A stretch of DNA of 64,000 bases, taken from Bordetella parapertussis. Lineage in GTDB: Bacteria > Pseudomonadota > Gammaproteobacteria > Burkholderiales > SG8-41. The stretch spans positions 3,155-67,154 of the forward strand of contig CAMDSO010000005.1 of the NCBI GenBank assembly GCA_945906935.1, written 5' to 3'. Positions 30,357-40,400 of this stretch are shown one piece after another (position 1 is the stretch's first letter; every line of letters starts with the position of its first letter). The translations under genes were made by a program, and so were the position numbers. The notes beneath the pieces are model-generated. The model did no database searches, was not told the origin of the DNA, and worked only from the letters and a program-made list of their open reading frames with translations.

Positions 30357-31877
30357 TTATTTCTTCAGGCCGGTGGCGGCACTGGTGCCGGCCAGCTTGC
30401 CGAACACCGCACCCGAGGTCAGGCCCGTGCCGCCCGGATAGTTGTGATAGAAAATACCGCCGACGAGTTCGCCCGCTGCATACAAGCCGCGGATTGGCTG
30501 GCCCGCAGTATCCTCGACCTGGCCGCGATTTTCTTCATGCGTACTGATCTTCAGGCCGCCAAAGCTGAAGGTGACGCCGCAGGTCACGCCGTAGGCTTCG
30601 AACGGTGCTTCTTCGATGGTGTTGGCCCAGTTGGTTTTGTCGACTTTCAGGCCGACGGTGCGGCGGCCGTCTTTGATCGCCGAGTTGTACGGGGTCTCGG
30701 TCTGCACCGCCTTGTTGTATGCCTTGATTTCGCGCAGCGCGTTTTCGGCATTGACGCCTTCGAGCTTGGTGACCAATTCTTCGAGCGTGTTGGCACGCAC
30801 CTTGGTGACGCGCTTGATACGGTATTCGTCGCGCAGCGCCGGAATGATTTTTTGGTCGAAAATCTGCCAGGCAAACATGCCCGGCTGGCGCAGGATCACC
30901 GAGCCGTATTTGGCGTAGGTGTAGTTGCGGAAATCCGCGCCTTCATCGACGAAACGCTCGCCGTCGGCGTTGATCATGATGCCCCACGGGTAGCTGTGTT
31001 TTTGGAAGCCATCGCCGACGTCGAGGTCGCCGTAGGCCGGTGCGTTCATGTCCCAGCCCACCGCGTGGCAGCCCGACCAGTGGCCGTAGGGCTGTGCGCC
31101 GATGTCCAGCGCCATTTGGATGCCCACACCCATGTTGTAACGGGTGCCGCGCACCTTGGCCAGATCCCACGTCGGGCCGAGATAACGCGCACGCATTTCG
31201 GCGCTCGACTCAAACCCGCCAGCGGCGATCACCACCGCCTTGGCGCGGATGTCGATAAAGCGGCCATTCAGTTTGGCTTGCACGCCGCAGACCGCGCCGT
31301 CATCGGTGGTCAGCAGCGACGTCGCCGGTGTTTGGTAGAAAATCTTGATGCCTTCGCTCGCGCAGGCTTTGTGCTCGTTCTCGACGAGACCCTGACCGCC
31401 GCCCCAGGTTTCCGCGGCAAGGCCACCCCAGAACTTATATTTGTTGCCGATTTTGTGCGACTGGCGGCCGTAGCTGGCCTGGAATTTCACGCCTTTACGC
31501 GCCAGCCAGACGATGGTTTCGTAGCTTTTGGTGATCAGCAGTTCGCACAGATCGGGGTCGGTGCGGTATTGCGTGATGCGTCCCATGTCGTCGAAATACT
31601 GCTCGGCGGTATAGGTGCCGTAATCGTGCAGTTGTTTCTCTTCGGGTGTGAGGTCGGTGATGACCTCGGCGAGTTCGTCGACGTTGTTGAACACAAAACG
31701 CATCAGGCCGCCGGTGTAGCGGCTGTTGCCGCCGCATTCCTCGATGGGCGCCGATTCGAGCATGATGACGCTGGCGCCATTCTCGCGCGCGGCGAGTGCC
31801 GCGCTGGCAGCCGCGTTGCCCGCGCCGATGACGATGACGTCCGGATTGCCGAATTCTGCTGTCTTGTCGATGCTCAT
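30357..31877 (-). CDS. FAD-binding dehydrogenase (TcuA / fumarate-reductase-flavoprotein-like)
   Basis: The real start is the internal ATG at 31877 (MSIDKTAEFGNPDVIVIGAGNAAASAALAARENGASVIMLE, a Rossmann GxGxxA). The C-terminal YAAGE..GG motif is present. The track ORF extension to 32132 overlaps the next gene. Confidence 0.85.
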   Translation of the reverse strand: MSIDKTAEFGNPDVIVIGAGNAAASAALAARENGASVIMLESAPIEECGGNSRYTGGLMRFVFNNVDELAEVITDLTPEEKQLHDYGTYTAEQYFDDMGRITQYRTDPDLCELLITKSYETIVWLARKGVKFQASYGRQSHKIGNKYKFWGGLAAETWGGGQGLVENEHKACASEGIKIFYQTPATSLLTTDDGAVCGVQAKLNGRFIDIRAKAVVIAAGGFESSAEMRARYLGPTWDLAKVRGTRYNMGVGIQMALDIGAQPYGHWSGCHAVGWDMNAPAYGDLDVGDGFQKHSYPWGIMINADGERFVDEGADFRNYTYAKYGSVILRQPGMFAWQIFDQKIIPALRDEYRIKRVTKVRANTLEELVTKLEGVNAENALREIKAYNKAVQTETPYNSAIKDGRRTVGLKVDKTNWANTIEEAPFEAYGVTCGVTFSFGGLKISTHEENRGQVEDTAGQPIRGLYAAGELVGGIFYHNYPGGTGLTSGAVFGKLAGTSAATGLKK

Positions 31878-31944
31878 ACAGTCCTCTTGATCAGTCAATA
31901 AGTACCACGAAAGTGCAATGGGGTGCCGGCGCGGTGGGCCGCGA

Positions 31945-31988
31945 GCGGATGCCTTGCGGGGAGGCTCAATTATACCGCCGCGGATGCC
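31945..31988 (-). promoter_or_regulatory. Putative promoter of the FAD-dehydrogenase operon: a -10 TATAAT flanked by two GCGGATGCC direct repeats
   Basis: On the minus strand TATAAT is the complement of 31969-31974, about 90 nt upstream of ATG 31877. The 9-mer GCGGATGCC occurs at 31945-31953 and 31980-31988 (plus-strand reading). No -35 element is convincing. Confidence 0.3.
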
Positions 31989-32016
31989 GCATTGCAGCGG
32001 TGGCGCAGGGTGGCGC

Positions 32017-32445
32017 TTAGTGTAGTAGCTTGCCGCGCCGGCTTTCGGTTTCCAGGCGCGAGGGTGCGGGCGAGGCGTGGTGGACGACCATGCGCCAGCC
32101 GTTTTCAGTACGCTGGTAAATATTCGTCGCAATCATCGGGGGTGGCTGTTCGGTGCCACCGTCGATGCTGATTTGTTCGTAGACACTGTGCACGGTGAGT
32201 GTCATGCCGTCGATCTTCTGCAACTGGCGCAGCTTGATCCGCAGCACTGCACCGCCGTTGAAAATCTGCCGCCACGCTTCGCGCACCTGCTCGACACCGG
32301 TGAGGCGCATGCCGCCCGGGTGCACGCAGACGATCTCGTCGTCGTCCGCCCACACCGCCATCATGGCCTCGAGATCGGCTTTTTCGAGCGCGTCGTAAAA
32401 GGCGTTCTCGGTTTCCTGCGGGGTTGAAAAGGGCGGCTGTTTCAT
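32017..32445 (-). CDS. SnoaL-like / NTF2-fold (DUF4440-type) protein
   Basis: 142 aa with an N-terminal ENAFYDALEKADLEAMMAVWADDDEIVCVHPGG pattern typical of NTF2-like small proteins. Its ATG overlaps the waaF stop (ATGA). Confidence 0.65.
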   Translation of the reverse strand: MKQPPFSTPQETENAFYDALEKADLEAMMAVWADDDEIVCVHPGGMRLTGVEQVREAWRQIFNGGAVLRIKLRQLQKIDGMTLTVHSVYEQISIDGGTEQPPPMIATNIYQRTENGWRMVVHHASPAPSRLETESRRGKLLH

Positions 32446-33476
32446 GCCGCTGCCGCGCTGATGGCCTGCCAGACCGCATCAACCCCCAATTCACGCATGC
32501 ATTTGAAATGGCCGAGCGGACAAACGCGTTTGAAACAGGGGCTGCAGGGGAGGTCGATCTTGACGATGCGCGCCTGCGCAGATGGCGGCGGCGTGAAGGC
32601 CGGACTGCTCGAGCCGTAAATCGCCGTCAGCGGGCGCTCGAGGGCGGCGGCAACGTGCATCAAGCCCGAGTCGTTGCTGACGACGTGGCTGGCGCAGGAC
32701 ATGAGGTCGATCGCCTCGGCGAGCGTGGTCTTGCCACACAGATTGATGCCGATGCCGCCGGCAGCGGCGACGATATCGGCGCCGACCGCGGCATCTTTGG
32801 TCGAGCCAGCGATCCACACCTGCCAGCCATCGGCGTCGAAACGTTGTGCCAGCGCGCCGAAATATTCGACTGGCCAGCGCTTGGCGGGGCCGTACTCGGC
32901 GCCCGGGCACAAGACGGCGATTTTTGGTGTGGCCTTGAGTCCGAGTTTGAGCAGCGTGGTGGATCGCGCGATTGCATCAATTCGCAGCGACACTTCGGAT
33001 AGCGGTCGTATCTTCACGGGGCCGGCGTCTTCGGCCAGTGCGGCGAAGCGTTCGATCATTAGTGGCAGCGCTACTTTGTCGAGTGTGCGTGTGTCATTGA
33101 GCAGACCACGGCGCATTTCTCCGACATAGCCAGTGCGGCGTGGAATGCGCGCGAAAAACGGCACCAGCGCTGACTTCAGCGAGTTGGGCAGTACCACCGC
33201 CTGGGTGTATCCCCGGGGTGTCAGACTGCGGCCGAGCGCATAGCGTTTGCGCAGCGCGAGTTCGCCATGCGCGAAAGGCAGATCGTGCACGGCATCTACT
33301 TCCGGCATGCGTTCGTAGACGGCACGCGTCCACGGTGGCGCCAGCACCTCGATGAGGGTGTCGGGGTTGCGCGCTTGCAGACGGCGCAGCAAGGGCTGCG
33401 AGAGCACCGCATCGCCGACCCAGGCTGGCGCGACGATCAATATGTGCGGCCGTTTCGTCATGGTCATGGTAGGCAT
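32442..33476 (-). CDS. waaF: ADP-heptose--LPS heptosyltransferase II
   Basis: 344 aa with ILIVAPAWVGDAVLSQPL and SNDSGLMHVAAAL motifs of GT9 heptosyltransferases. Confidence 0.9.
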   Translation of the reverse strand: MPTMTMTKRPHILIVAPAWVGDAVLSQPLLRRLQARNPDTLIEVLAPPWTRAVYERMPEVDAVHDLPFAHGELALRKRYALGRSLTPRGYTQAVVLPNSLKSALVPFFARIPRRTGYVGEMRRGLLNDTRTLDKVALPLMIERFAALAEDAGPVKIRPLSEVSLRIDAIARSTTLLKLGLKATPKIAVLCPGAEYGPAKRWPVEYFGALAQRFDADGWQVWIAGSTKDAAVGADIVAAAGGIGINLCGKTTLAEAIDLMSCASHVVSNDSGLMHVAAALERPLTAIYGSSSPAFTPPPSAQARIVKIDLPCSPCFKRVCPLGHFKCMRELGVDAVWQAISAAAA

Positions 33477-33519
33477 GCCGCCGGCCGTCCGGCAGCCTTC
33501 GCCGTAATGACTGCGGCGA

Positions 33520-33726
33520 TCAGTGGTGGGCGGCGCCCGCGCCGCCCTTGAGCGTGTAGTGCGTGCCGCAATACGGACACAGCGCGGTGCCGGTTTTTTC
33601 CACTTGCAGAAACACCCGCGGATGCGCGTTCCACAAGAGCATCGCCGGCGTCGGGCAATGCAGCGGCAGGTCGGCTGCGGTAACTTCGATTTCGCGCTGC
33701 GTGTTTTCCGTTTGCGTGGTGCTCAT
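33520..33726 (-). CDS. Small zinc-finger (CHCC-type) domain protein
   Basis: 68 aa with LHCP...(24 aa)...CPYCG; the spacing fits a zinc-ribbon motif. Confidence 0.6.
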   Translation of the reverse strand: MSTTQTENTQREIEVTAADLPLHCPTPAMLLWNAHPRVFLQVEKTGTALCPYCGTHYTLKGGAGAAHH

Positions 33727-33749
33727 GGTGTGCTCGCTTTTTGACCGGG

Positions 33750-34676
33750 TTACTGGCCGACCGGCGACAGCCAGTGGCTGTACTGATTGTTTTTGCCGTT
33801 GACGACGTCGAAAAACGCTTTTTGCAATTTTGCCGTGATCGGGCCGATCTTGCCGCTGCCAATGACGCGGCCGTCGAGTTCGCGGATCGGTGTGACTTCG
33901 GCGGCGGTGCCGGTGAAGAAGGCCTCGTCGGCGATGTAGAGGTCGTCACGTGTAATGCGGCGTGACGCCACCGTATAGCCCATTTCTTCGGCCAGCGTGA
34001 TGATCGAGCCGCGCGTGATACCGATCAGCGCACTGCTGAGCTCCGGCTCATAAATCTTGCCGTCCTTGACCATGAACAGGTTCTCCCCCGAGCCTTCGGC
34101 GACAAAACCGTCGACGTCGAGCAGCAGGCCCTCGTCGTAACCGTGTTCGGTTGCTTCGAGGTTGGCGAGAATCGAGTTGGCGTAGGTGCCCGAATATTTG
34201 GCACGGCACATCGAGACATTGACGTGATGGCGCGCAAATGAAGAGGTCTTGACGCGGATGCCCTTTTCCAGCGCTTCCGGCCCGAGGTAAGCACCCCACG
34301 GCCACGCGGCGATCGCCACATGCACGCTGGCACCCTTGGGCGAAACGCCCATTTTTTCGGAACCGTAAAAACAAATTGGCCGCAGGTAACAGGAGTCGAG
34401 CGCGTTGGCGCGCACCACTTCCTTGTGCGCTTCCATGATCGTTTCGCGGTCGTACGGAATCTTCATCATATAGATGTGGGCCGAATTGAAGAGGCGGTCG
34501 GTATGCTCCTTCAAGCGGAAAATTGCGGCGCCCTGATCTGTTTGATAGGCGCGCATGCCCTCGAACACGGCCAGGCCGTAATGCAGTGAGTGTGTCAGCA
34601 CGTGGGTGTTCGCGCTGCGCCAGGGCACCAGTTTGCCGTCGTACCAGATGTGCCCGTCGCGGTCCGCCATCGACAT
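33750..34676 (-). CDS. ilvE: Branched-chain amino acid aminotransferase
   Basis: 308 aa with HYGLAVFEGMRAY, GSGENLF and GITR motifs of fold-type IV aminotransferases. Confidence 0.95.
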   Translation of the reverse strand: MSMADRDGHIWYDGKLVPWRSANTHVLTHSLHYGLAVFEGMRAYQTDQGAAIFRLKEHTDRLFNSAHIYMMKIPYDRETIMEAHKEVVRANALDSCYLRPICFYGSEKMGVSPKGASVHVAIAAWPWGAYLGPEALEKGIRVKTSSFARHHVNVSMCRAKYSGTYANSILANLEATEHGYDEGLLLDVDGFVAEGSGENLFMVKDGKIYEPELSSALIGITRGSIITLAEEMGYTVASRRITRDDLYIADEAFFTGTAAEVTPIRELDGRVIGSGKIGPITAKLQKAFFDVVNGKNNQYSHWLSPVGQ

Positions 34677-34777
34677 CGCGGATGCTCCTAAAGTAAGGTC
34701 GTAAAAACGAATTTTAGCGTATTTCCTCTTCGCTTGCCCCTGCTAGCGCTAACAACATACTGATGGTGTCGCGCCGG

Positions 34778-37480
34778 CTATGCGGTTGCGGTGGTGCCCA
34801 GCACCGATTTCCACAATGTAGTGACGGCGCGTTTTTCGTTGGCAATTTCAGCGTCATTGACACGTGCGTAACGGTCGCCTTGCAGGCGCAGCGCGTGCTG
34901 CAGGGTGCGATAACGACGGTAGGCCGCGCGCACCGCCTGTGCCGCGCCGTGCTCGATCAGGCCGAGGCTGGCGGCTAGTTTGAGCAGTGCCAGATTACCG
35001 ATGTTGCCGGTGAGTTCAGCGTGTTGATGGGCGTAGCCGATGACCAGATACTGCACGATGAATTCGACGTCGATGAGGCCGCCGCGGTCGTGTTTGATGT
35101 CGAACTGGCCGCTGGCGTTGGGGTGTGCTTCGAGCATGCTTTGCCGCATCGCGACGATATCCTGACGCAAGGGATCAAGTGCGCGGGGACGTCTCAACAC
35201 TTCTGCGCGCAGGGCCTCGAATACACGCCCCAGTTGGCGGTCGCCGGCGACAAAGCGCGCGCGCGTCAGCGCCTGGTGTTCCCACACCCAGGCGTGATCG
35301 TGTTGATAGGCGGCGAAGCTTTCGAGCGGGCTGACCAGGAGGCCGCTCGCACCGTCCGGACGCAGGCGCAGATCGGTTTCATAGAGCACGCCGGCGGCAG
35401 TCACGCTCGATAGCGCGCTGTTCATGCGTTGAGCGAGGCGCGCGTAGTTGACCGGTGCCTCGGCAGCGGTATCCTGATGCAAAAAAATCAGGTCGAGATC
35501 CGAGGCGTAACCGAGTTCTTTGCCACCGAGTTTGCCGTAGGCGACGATGATGAAGCGCGGTTCATCGCAATGCCGTCCCGTGAGGTCTTTCCAGGTCAGT
35601 TCCAGCGTCGCCGCCAGAATCAGATCAGCCAGCGCACTGAGGTGGTCAGAGAGCCGTTCCAGTGTCAGTTCGCCGCCGAGATCCAATGCCAGCAGGCGCA
35701 GGGTTTGCGTGTGCTTGAAGTGGCGCAGCGCGTCCATCTGGCGTTCGCGGTCACCGGCGGCTTCCGCCAGTTGGCGCTTCAGCGGCGCTTCCAGACGCGG
35801 CCAGTCGGGTTCCTCGTGCAGATTGCGCGAATCGAGCAATTCATCGAGCAGGATCGGGTGACGCGCCAGATAGCCCGCCGCCCACGGACTGGCGCCGGCG
35901 AGGTTGGCGCTGCGGGCGATGGTTTGCGGGTATTGCAGCAGCAGCGCGAGGTAGGATTCGCGCCGGCTGATGCTCTCGACCAGATGCAGCATGCGTTCGA
36001 GTGTGGCTTCGGGGTTCGGGCATTTCGCCGATTGCTCAACGATCAGCGGCACCAGGCGCGCCATGCGCGCGTGGCTGACTTCCGGCATCTGGCGGATGCG
36101 GTTGCTGTTGCGCAGGCCGTTGATCGCCGCCAGCGCTGCTGCGGGGTACGCGTACCCCAGTGCGCGTAGTTTTTCGCTCTGTTCGGCGTGTAACGCCGCG
36201 TCGTCACCACCGAGCCATACACAGGCGAGTGGATGATCTTCGCTACGTGCATCGGCGAAGATGCCTTCGAAGTGGCGCGTCACCGCGGCGCGGTGAGCGT
36301 CGAGTTCGCGCAGCATCGCCGGGTAGTCGGCGGCGTTCATCGCGGCGGCGATGAGCGTTTGATCCTCGCTGAGGGTGGGCAGCGCCTGGGTTTGTTTGTC
36401 GTCGAGATATTGCAGGCGGTGTTCGAGGCTGCGCAGGTAGGCGTAGGCTGCCATCAATTCGGTCACCGCGGCTGCCGGTAGCAGATTGCGTTCTGCAATC
36501 AAGGGTAGTACCTGCAGCGTGTTCACGGTGCGCAGCGCGTTGTCGCGTCCGCCGCGCACGAGCTGGAATAATTGCGCGATGAACTCGACTTCACGGATGC
36601 CGCCGGGTCCAAGTTTGATGTTGTCTTGCATGTCGCGCCGCTCGACTTCGCGCCGCACCTGCTGATGCAGATCGCGCAGCGATTCGAAAGCGCTGTAATC
36701 GAGGTGGCGCCGGAAGACAAAATGCGCGGCCAGCTCTGCGAGTTCAGAGGCGCGGTCGCCACACAGCACGCGCCCCTTGATCCATGCATAGCGTTCCCAT
36801 GCGCGGCCCTGGGTGATGAAATAGTTTTCGAACATCGCAAAACTACAGGCCAGCGGGCCGTCGGCGCCGAGCGGGCGCAGGCGCATATCAACGCGAAAGA
36901 CATAACCATCGGCGGTGATTTCATTGATGATGGTGATCAGGCGGCGACCCAGGCGCGCGAAGAACTCATGGTTGCTCATTGGCCGCGCGCCCTGCGTTTC
37001 GCCGTCCTCGGGGTAGGCGAACACCAGATCAATGTCGGAGGAGACGTTAAGTTCGTTGCCGCCGAGCTTGCCCATGCCGACGACGTGCAGGTGCTGGATC
37101 TGTCCGCTGTCGGCGCCGATCGGTACGCCGTAATCCGCTGCCAGTTGCGTTTCAAGATGGCTGACAGAGAGTTCGACGGCGATTTCCGCCAGCGTCGAGA
37201 TGGTGGTTACCACCTCTTCGAGGCTGGCAAGACCGCCCAGATCGCGTGTAATGAGGCGCAGCATGACGTGTTTGCGCAGCACCCGCAGCGCGCGCATTAA
37301 CGCGGCGTCGTCTGCGTTGTCGGCGGGCAGTCGTGCGAGCATGCTGCGGCGGTCGAGCGGTGCGGCAATCTCTGCTTCGCTCAGCAAATGCGGTTCGGCT
37401 TCGAGCAACCGGCGCGCGTAGCGAGAAAGGTCGCGGGCACGTGCGGCAGGCGGGCTGTTGGGGCCGATGTTTGCAGACAT
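34778..37480 (-). CDS. glnE: Bifunctional glutamine synthetase adenylyltransferase/adenylyl-removing enzyme
   Basis: 900 aa with two nucleotidyltransferase motifs: MGKLGGNELNVSSDIDLVF and YGKLGGKELGYASDLDLIF. Confidence 0.95.
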   Translation of the reverse strand: MSANIGPNSPPAARARDLSRYARRLLEAEPHLLSEAEIAAPLDRRSMLARLPADNADDAALMRALRVLRKHVMLRLITRDLGGLASLEEVVTTISTLAEIAVELSVSHLETQLAADYGVPIGADSGQIQHLHVVGMGKLGGNELNVSSDIDLVFAYPEDGETQGARPMSNHEFFARLGRRLITIINEITADGYVFRVDMRLRPLGADGPLACSFAMFENYFITQGRAWERYAWIKGRVLCGDRASELAELAAHFVFRRHLDYSAFESLRDLHQQVRREVERRDMQDNIKLGPGGIREVEFIAQLFQLVRGGRDNALRTVNTLQVLPLIAERNLLPAAAVTELMAAYAYLRSLEHRLQYLDDKQTQALPTLSEDQTLIAAAMNAADYPAMLRELDAHRAAVTRHFEGIFADARSEDHPLACVWLGGDDAALHAEQSEKLRALGYAYPAAALAAINGLRNSNRIRQMPEVSHARMARLVPLIVEQSAKCPNPEATLERMLHLVESISRRESYLALLLQYPQTIARSANLAGASPWAAGYLARHPILLDELLDSRNLHEEPDWPRLEAPLKRQLAEAAGDRERQMDALRHFKHTQTLRLLALDLGGELTLERLSDHLSALADLILAATLELTWKDLTGRHCDEPRFIIVAYGKLGGKELGYASDLDLIFLHQDTAAEAPVNYARLAQRMNSALSSVTAAGVLYETDLRLRPDGASGLLVSPLESFAAYQHDHAWVWEHQALTRARFVAGDRQLGRVFEALRAEVLRRPRALDPLRQDIVAMRQSMLEAHPNASGQFDIKHDRGGLIDVEFIVQYLVIGYAHQHAELTGNIGNLALLKLAASLGLIEHGAAQAVRAAYRRYRTLQHALRLQGDRYARVNDAEIANEKRAVTTLWKSVLGTTATA

Positions 37481-40400
37481 TTCAGGTTACAATCAGGAAA
37501 TAAATCATTATGTTGCCTCAACTTTCCGGATTCAAGCGCGCGCCGTGCCGGGCTTAAAAATTTTCAGGTGGCTGGGGATCAGTTCGCTGCTGGCTTACCG
37601 TGTGGTGAGCTGGGCGCTGCTTATTACCAGTTTCGTCTTCGCACTCATCGTTTGCGCCGCGCGTTTCTGGTTGTTGCCGAATATCGAGAGTTTTCGCGAA
37701 CCGATCGCGCAACATCTGAGCGCGGCAACCGGTCAGCGTGTCACGATCGGCAAGCTTGAGGGCCATTGGAGCGGCGTCAACCTCCAGCTTACGCTTAATG
37801 ACTTCGTATTGTTTGACCAGGCGAGTCAGCCCGCGCTCAAGCTCGCCCAGATCAACAGCGTGTTGTCATGGTGGTCACTGGTGTATTGGGAGCCGCGCTT
37901 TGATCTGATCGGCATCGACGGCCCCGATCTGGAAATCCGGCGCGATACGCGTGGTGTGATTTCCGTCGCCGGTATTGAAATGAGCAAGAGTGTCGACGGC
38001 GGCGGACTCTCCGACTGGCTGTTGCGCCAGGACGAAATCATCATCCACGGCGCCACCATCAAGTGGCAGGACGATTTGCGGCAGGCCACGCTGCTGGCGC
38101 TCACCAACGTCGATTTTCGTCTTGAGAATTTTGGCTCGCACCATCGGTTCGGCTTGCGTGCGGTGCCGCCCGAAAAGCTCGCCTCGCCGCTCGACGTTCG
38201 CGGCGATCTGACCGGCCGCGCGACTGAGGCGCTGGCGCAATGGAACGGTCAGTTGTTTGTGCAACTTGACTACACCGATATCGCGGCCTGGCGCGAGTGG
38301 GTTGAGTTTCCGGTCCAGTTGCCGCAGGGCGTCGGTGCGGTGCGCCTCTGGACCGCGCTGCAGAAAGGCGAGCCCTCTGAAATGACCGCTGACGTGCAGC
38401 TCGCACAGGTGCGTACGCGCCTCGCCGCGGAAGCGCGCGAGTTGCCGCTCGATGAGCTCAAGGGACGTATCAGCTGGAAACGGCTGGCCGACGGCTTTGA
38501 GGTAAAAACTTCCAAGCTCGGCATGTCCGCCAACGCACTGGTTCTGCAACCGATGGATTTGCTGCTGCGCTATCGCAATAGCAATAGTGTTCGCAACAAG
38601 CCTGCGAGCGGGGAATTGCAGTTAAATGCGGTTGATCTGGAGCCGCTGGCCGCATTCGCCGACAACCTGCCGATTGCGCCGGCGTTGTTGCGCGAATTTG
38701 ATCAATACAAGCCGCGCGGCAGTCTCTACGACATGACGCTGAGCTGGAGTGGCGAGTGGCCGCGGCCCGAGCAGTACACGCTCAAATCGCGGTTCGTTAA
38801 TTTGGGCGTTAATGCGGTTGGCCGCCTGCCCGGTTTGCAGAATGTCAGCGGCCAGATCGATTGCAACGAGAAGGGCGGCACGCTCGCGCTCAATACGCAG
38901 AATTCGACGCTAGAGCTGCCGCGGCTGTTCGCGCAGAAGCTGGCGTTCGATATGCTTAATGCGCAGGCCGGCTGGCAGTTAAACGGTACGCAATACGAGG
39001 TCAAACTCAATACCGTTGCATTTTCCAATCCCGGCGTGACCGGCACTCTTTCCGGCAGCTATCAGGCTGGCGCCGCGGGGCCTGGCCTGGCGGACATTGC
39101 GGCCAGCTTGACTCGTGTCGACGCACGCAGTGTTCTGTCTTATCTGCCGTTGCAGATGCCGGAAGAACCCAGGCAGTGGCTGGAGGCGTCGCTGCTTGGC
39201 GGCACCTCCAAGGACGTCAAAGTGCGCTTGCGCGGCCACCTCAAGGATTTCCCGTTTCGAGAAGGGCGTGGTGGTTTGTTTGAAGTCACCGCACGCGTCA
39301 ACGGCGGTGTGCTTGAATTTGCCAACAACTGGCCGCGTATCGAAAACGTTGACGCCGATCTGACCTTTCGCGGCAGACGCATGGACATTGTGGCGCGAGA
39401 GGGCAGCATACTCGGCGCGAAACTCGCGCGTGTGCGGGTGGAAATCGCCGATCTGACCAGCGCTGCCCGCACACTGACGGTGAATGGCGAGGCCGAGGGG
39501 CCGACGGCTGAATTTATCAATTTCATCGAGAAAAGTCCGGTCAGCGTCATGACGGACCGTTTTACCAGCGGTTTGCGCGCCGAGGGTGCCGGCAAGCTGG
39601 CGCTCAAGCTTTCCATTCCGCTGACCAACACGCGCGACACCCGCGTCGCCGGGACCTACCAGTTTTTGAATAACTCGATCGAGAGTGCGGAGTCGTTGTT
39701 TCCAACCGTCGAACAGGTCAATGCGCGGCTCGAATTTACCGACAGTAGTTTGCGGGTGGTTAACGGCACGCTGAATTTGCTTGGCGGTCCGGCTACTATC
39801 AACGTGGCGACCCTGCGCGACGGCACCCGGATCAACATTGCCGGGCGCGTCAATATGGATAGTGTGCGGCGTACCACCAATGCATTTTTTGCGCAGTCGC
39901 TGAGTGGGTCTACCGATTGGAAAGCCGCAGTGATTTTGCGCAAGCAGTTTACCGACATGGTGATTGAGTCCTCGCTGCAGGGGGTGACCTCGGCTCTGCC
40001 GGCCCCCTTCGCCAAAGCGCCCGCCGAGTTGTTGCCGCTGCGCTTTGAGCGCATCGTGGTCAACGCGCTGCAGGACCGTCTGCTTTTTTCCGTCGGCAAT
40101 GTGGTGGCGGCGCAATTGCAGCGCCGGCGTGATGGCGCGCGTTCGGTGTTCGAGCGCGGAGTGGTTAATTTCGGTGGTAGCGCCGCCGATTCCGATCGCC
40201 GCGGTCTGTGGATCACTGGCGGCTTGAAACAAATTGACCTCGATCAATGGCTAGCCCTGGTCAAGGCGGCGCCGTCCGGTAATACGCAGTTCGATGTCGC
40301 CGGGATCGATCTTAAGTTTGCCTCGCTCAATCTATTGGGGCGGCAGTTCAGCGAGCTGGCGGTGAACGGCACCTCGCAAGCGGGCAACTGGCAGGCCTCG

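Noticed and set aside
30150-31901. A 583-aa plus-strand ORF, the longest of many large ORFs antisense to confidently called genes. Other examples are 2098-2982, 6709-7698, 19771-20793, 28487-29485, 38979-40247, 44826-45866 and 62717-63826.
   Set aside because: Each one mirrors a gene with strong family motifs on the opposite strand. Their translations are Arg/Ala/Gly/His-rich with no recognisable motifs. Stop-poor antisense frames are expected in high-GC DNA. I treated them as shadow ORFs.
37510-37557. A 15-codon mini-ORF (MLPQLSGFKRAPCRA) with AGGAAA 10 nt upstream, in the glnE/yhdP divergent region. The first two candidate yhdP starts (37458, 37467) also overlap the glnE start (37480).
   Set aside because: The evidence is too weak: there is no conservation information and it overlaps the yhdP reading frame out of phase. 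The overlap probably just means that yhdP starts later, for example at GTG 37545.
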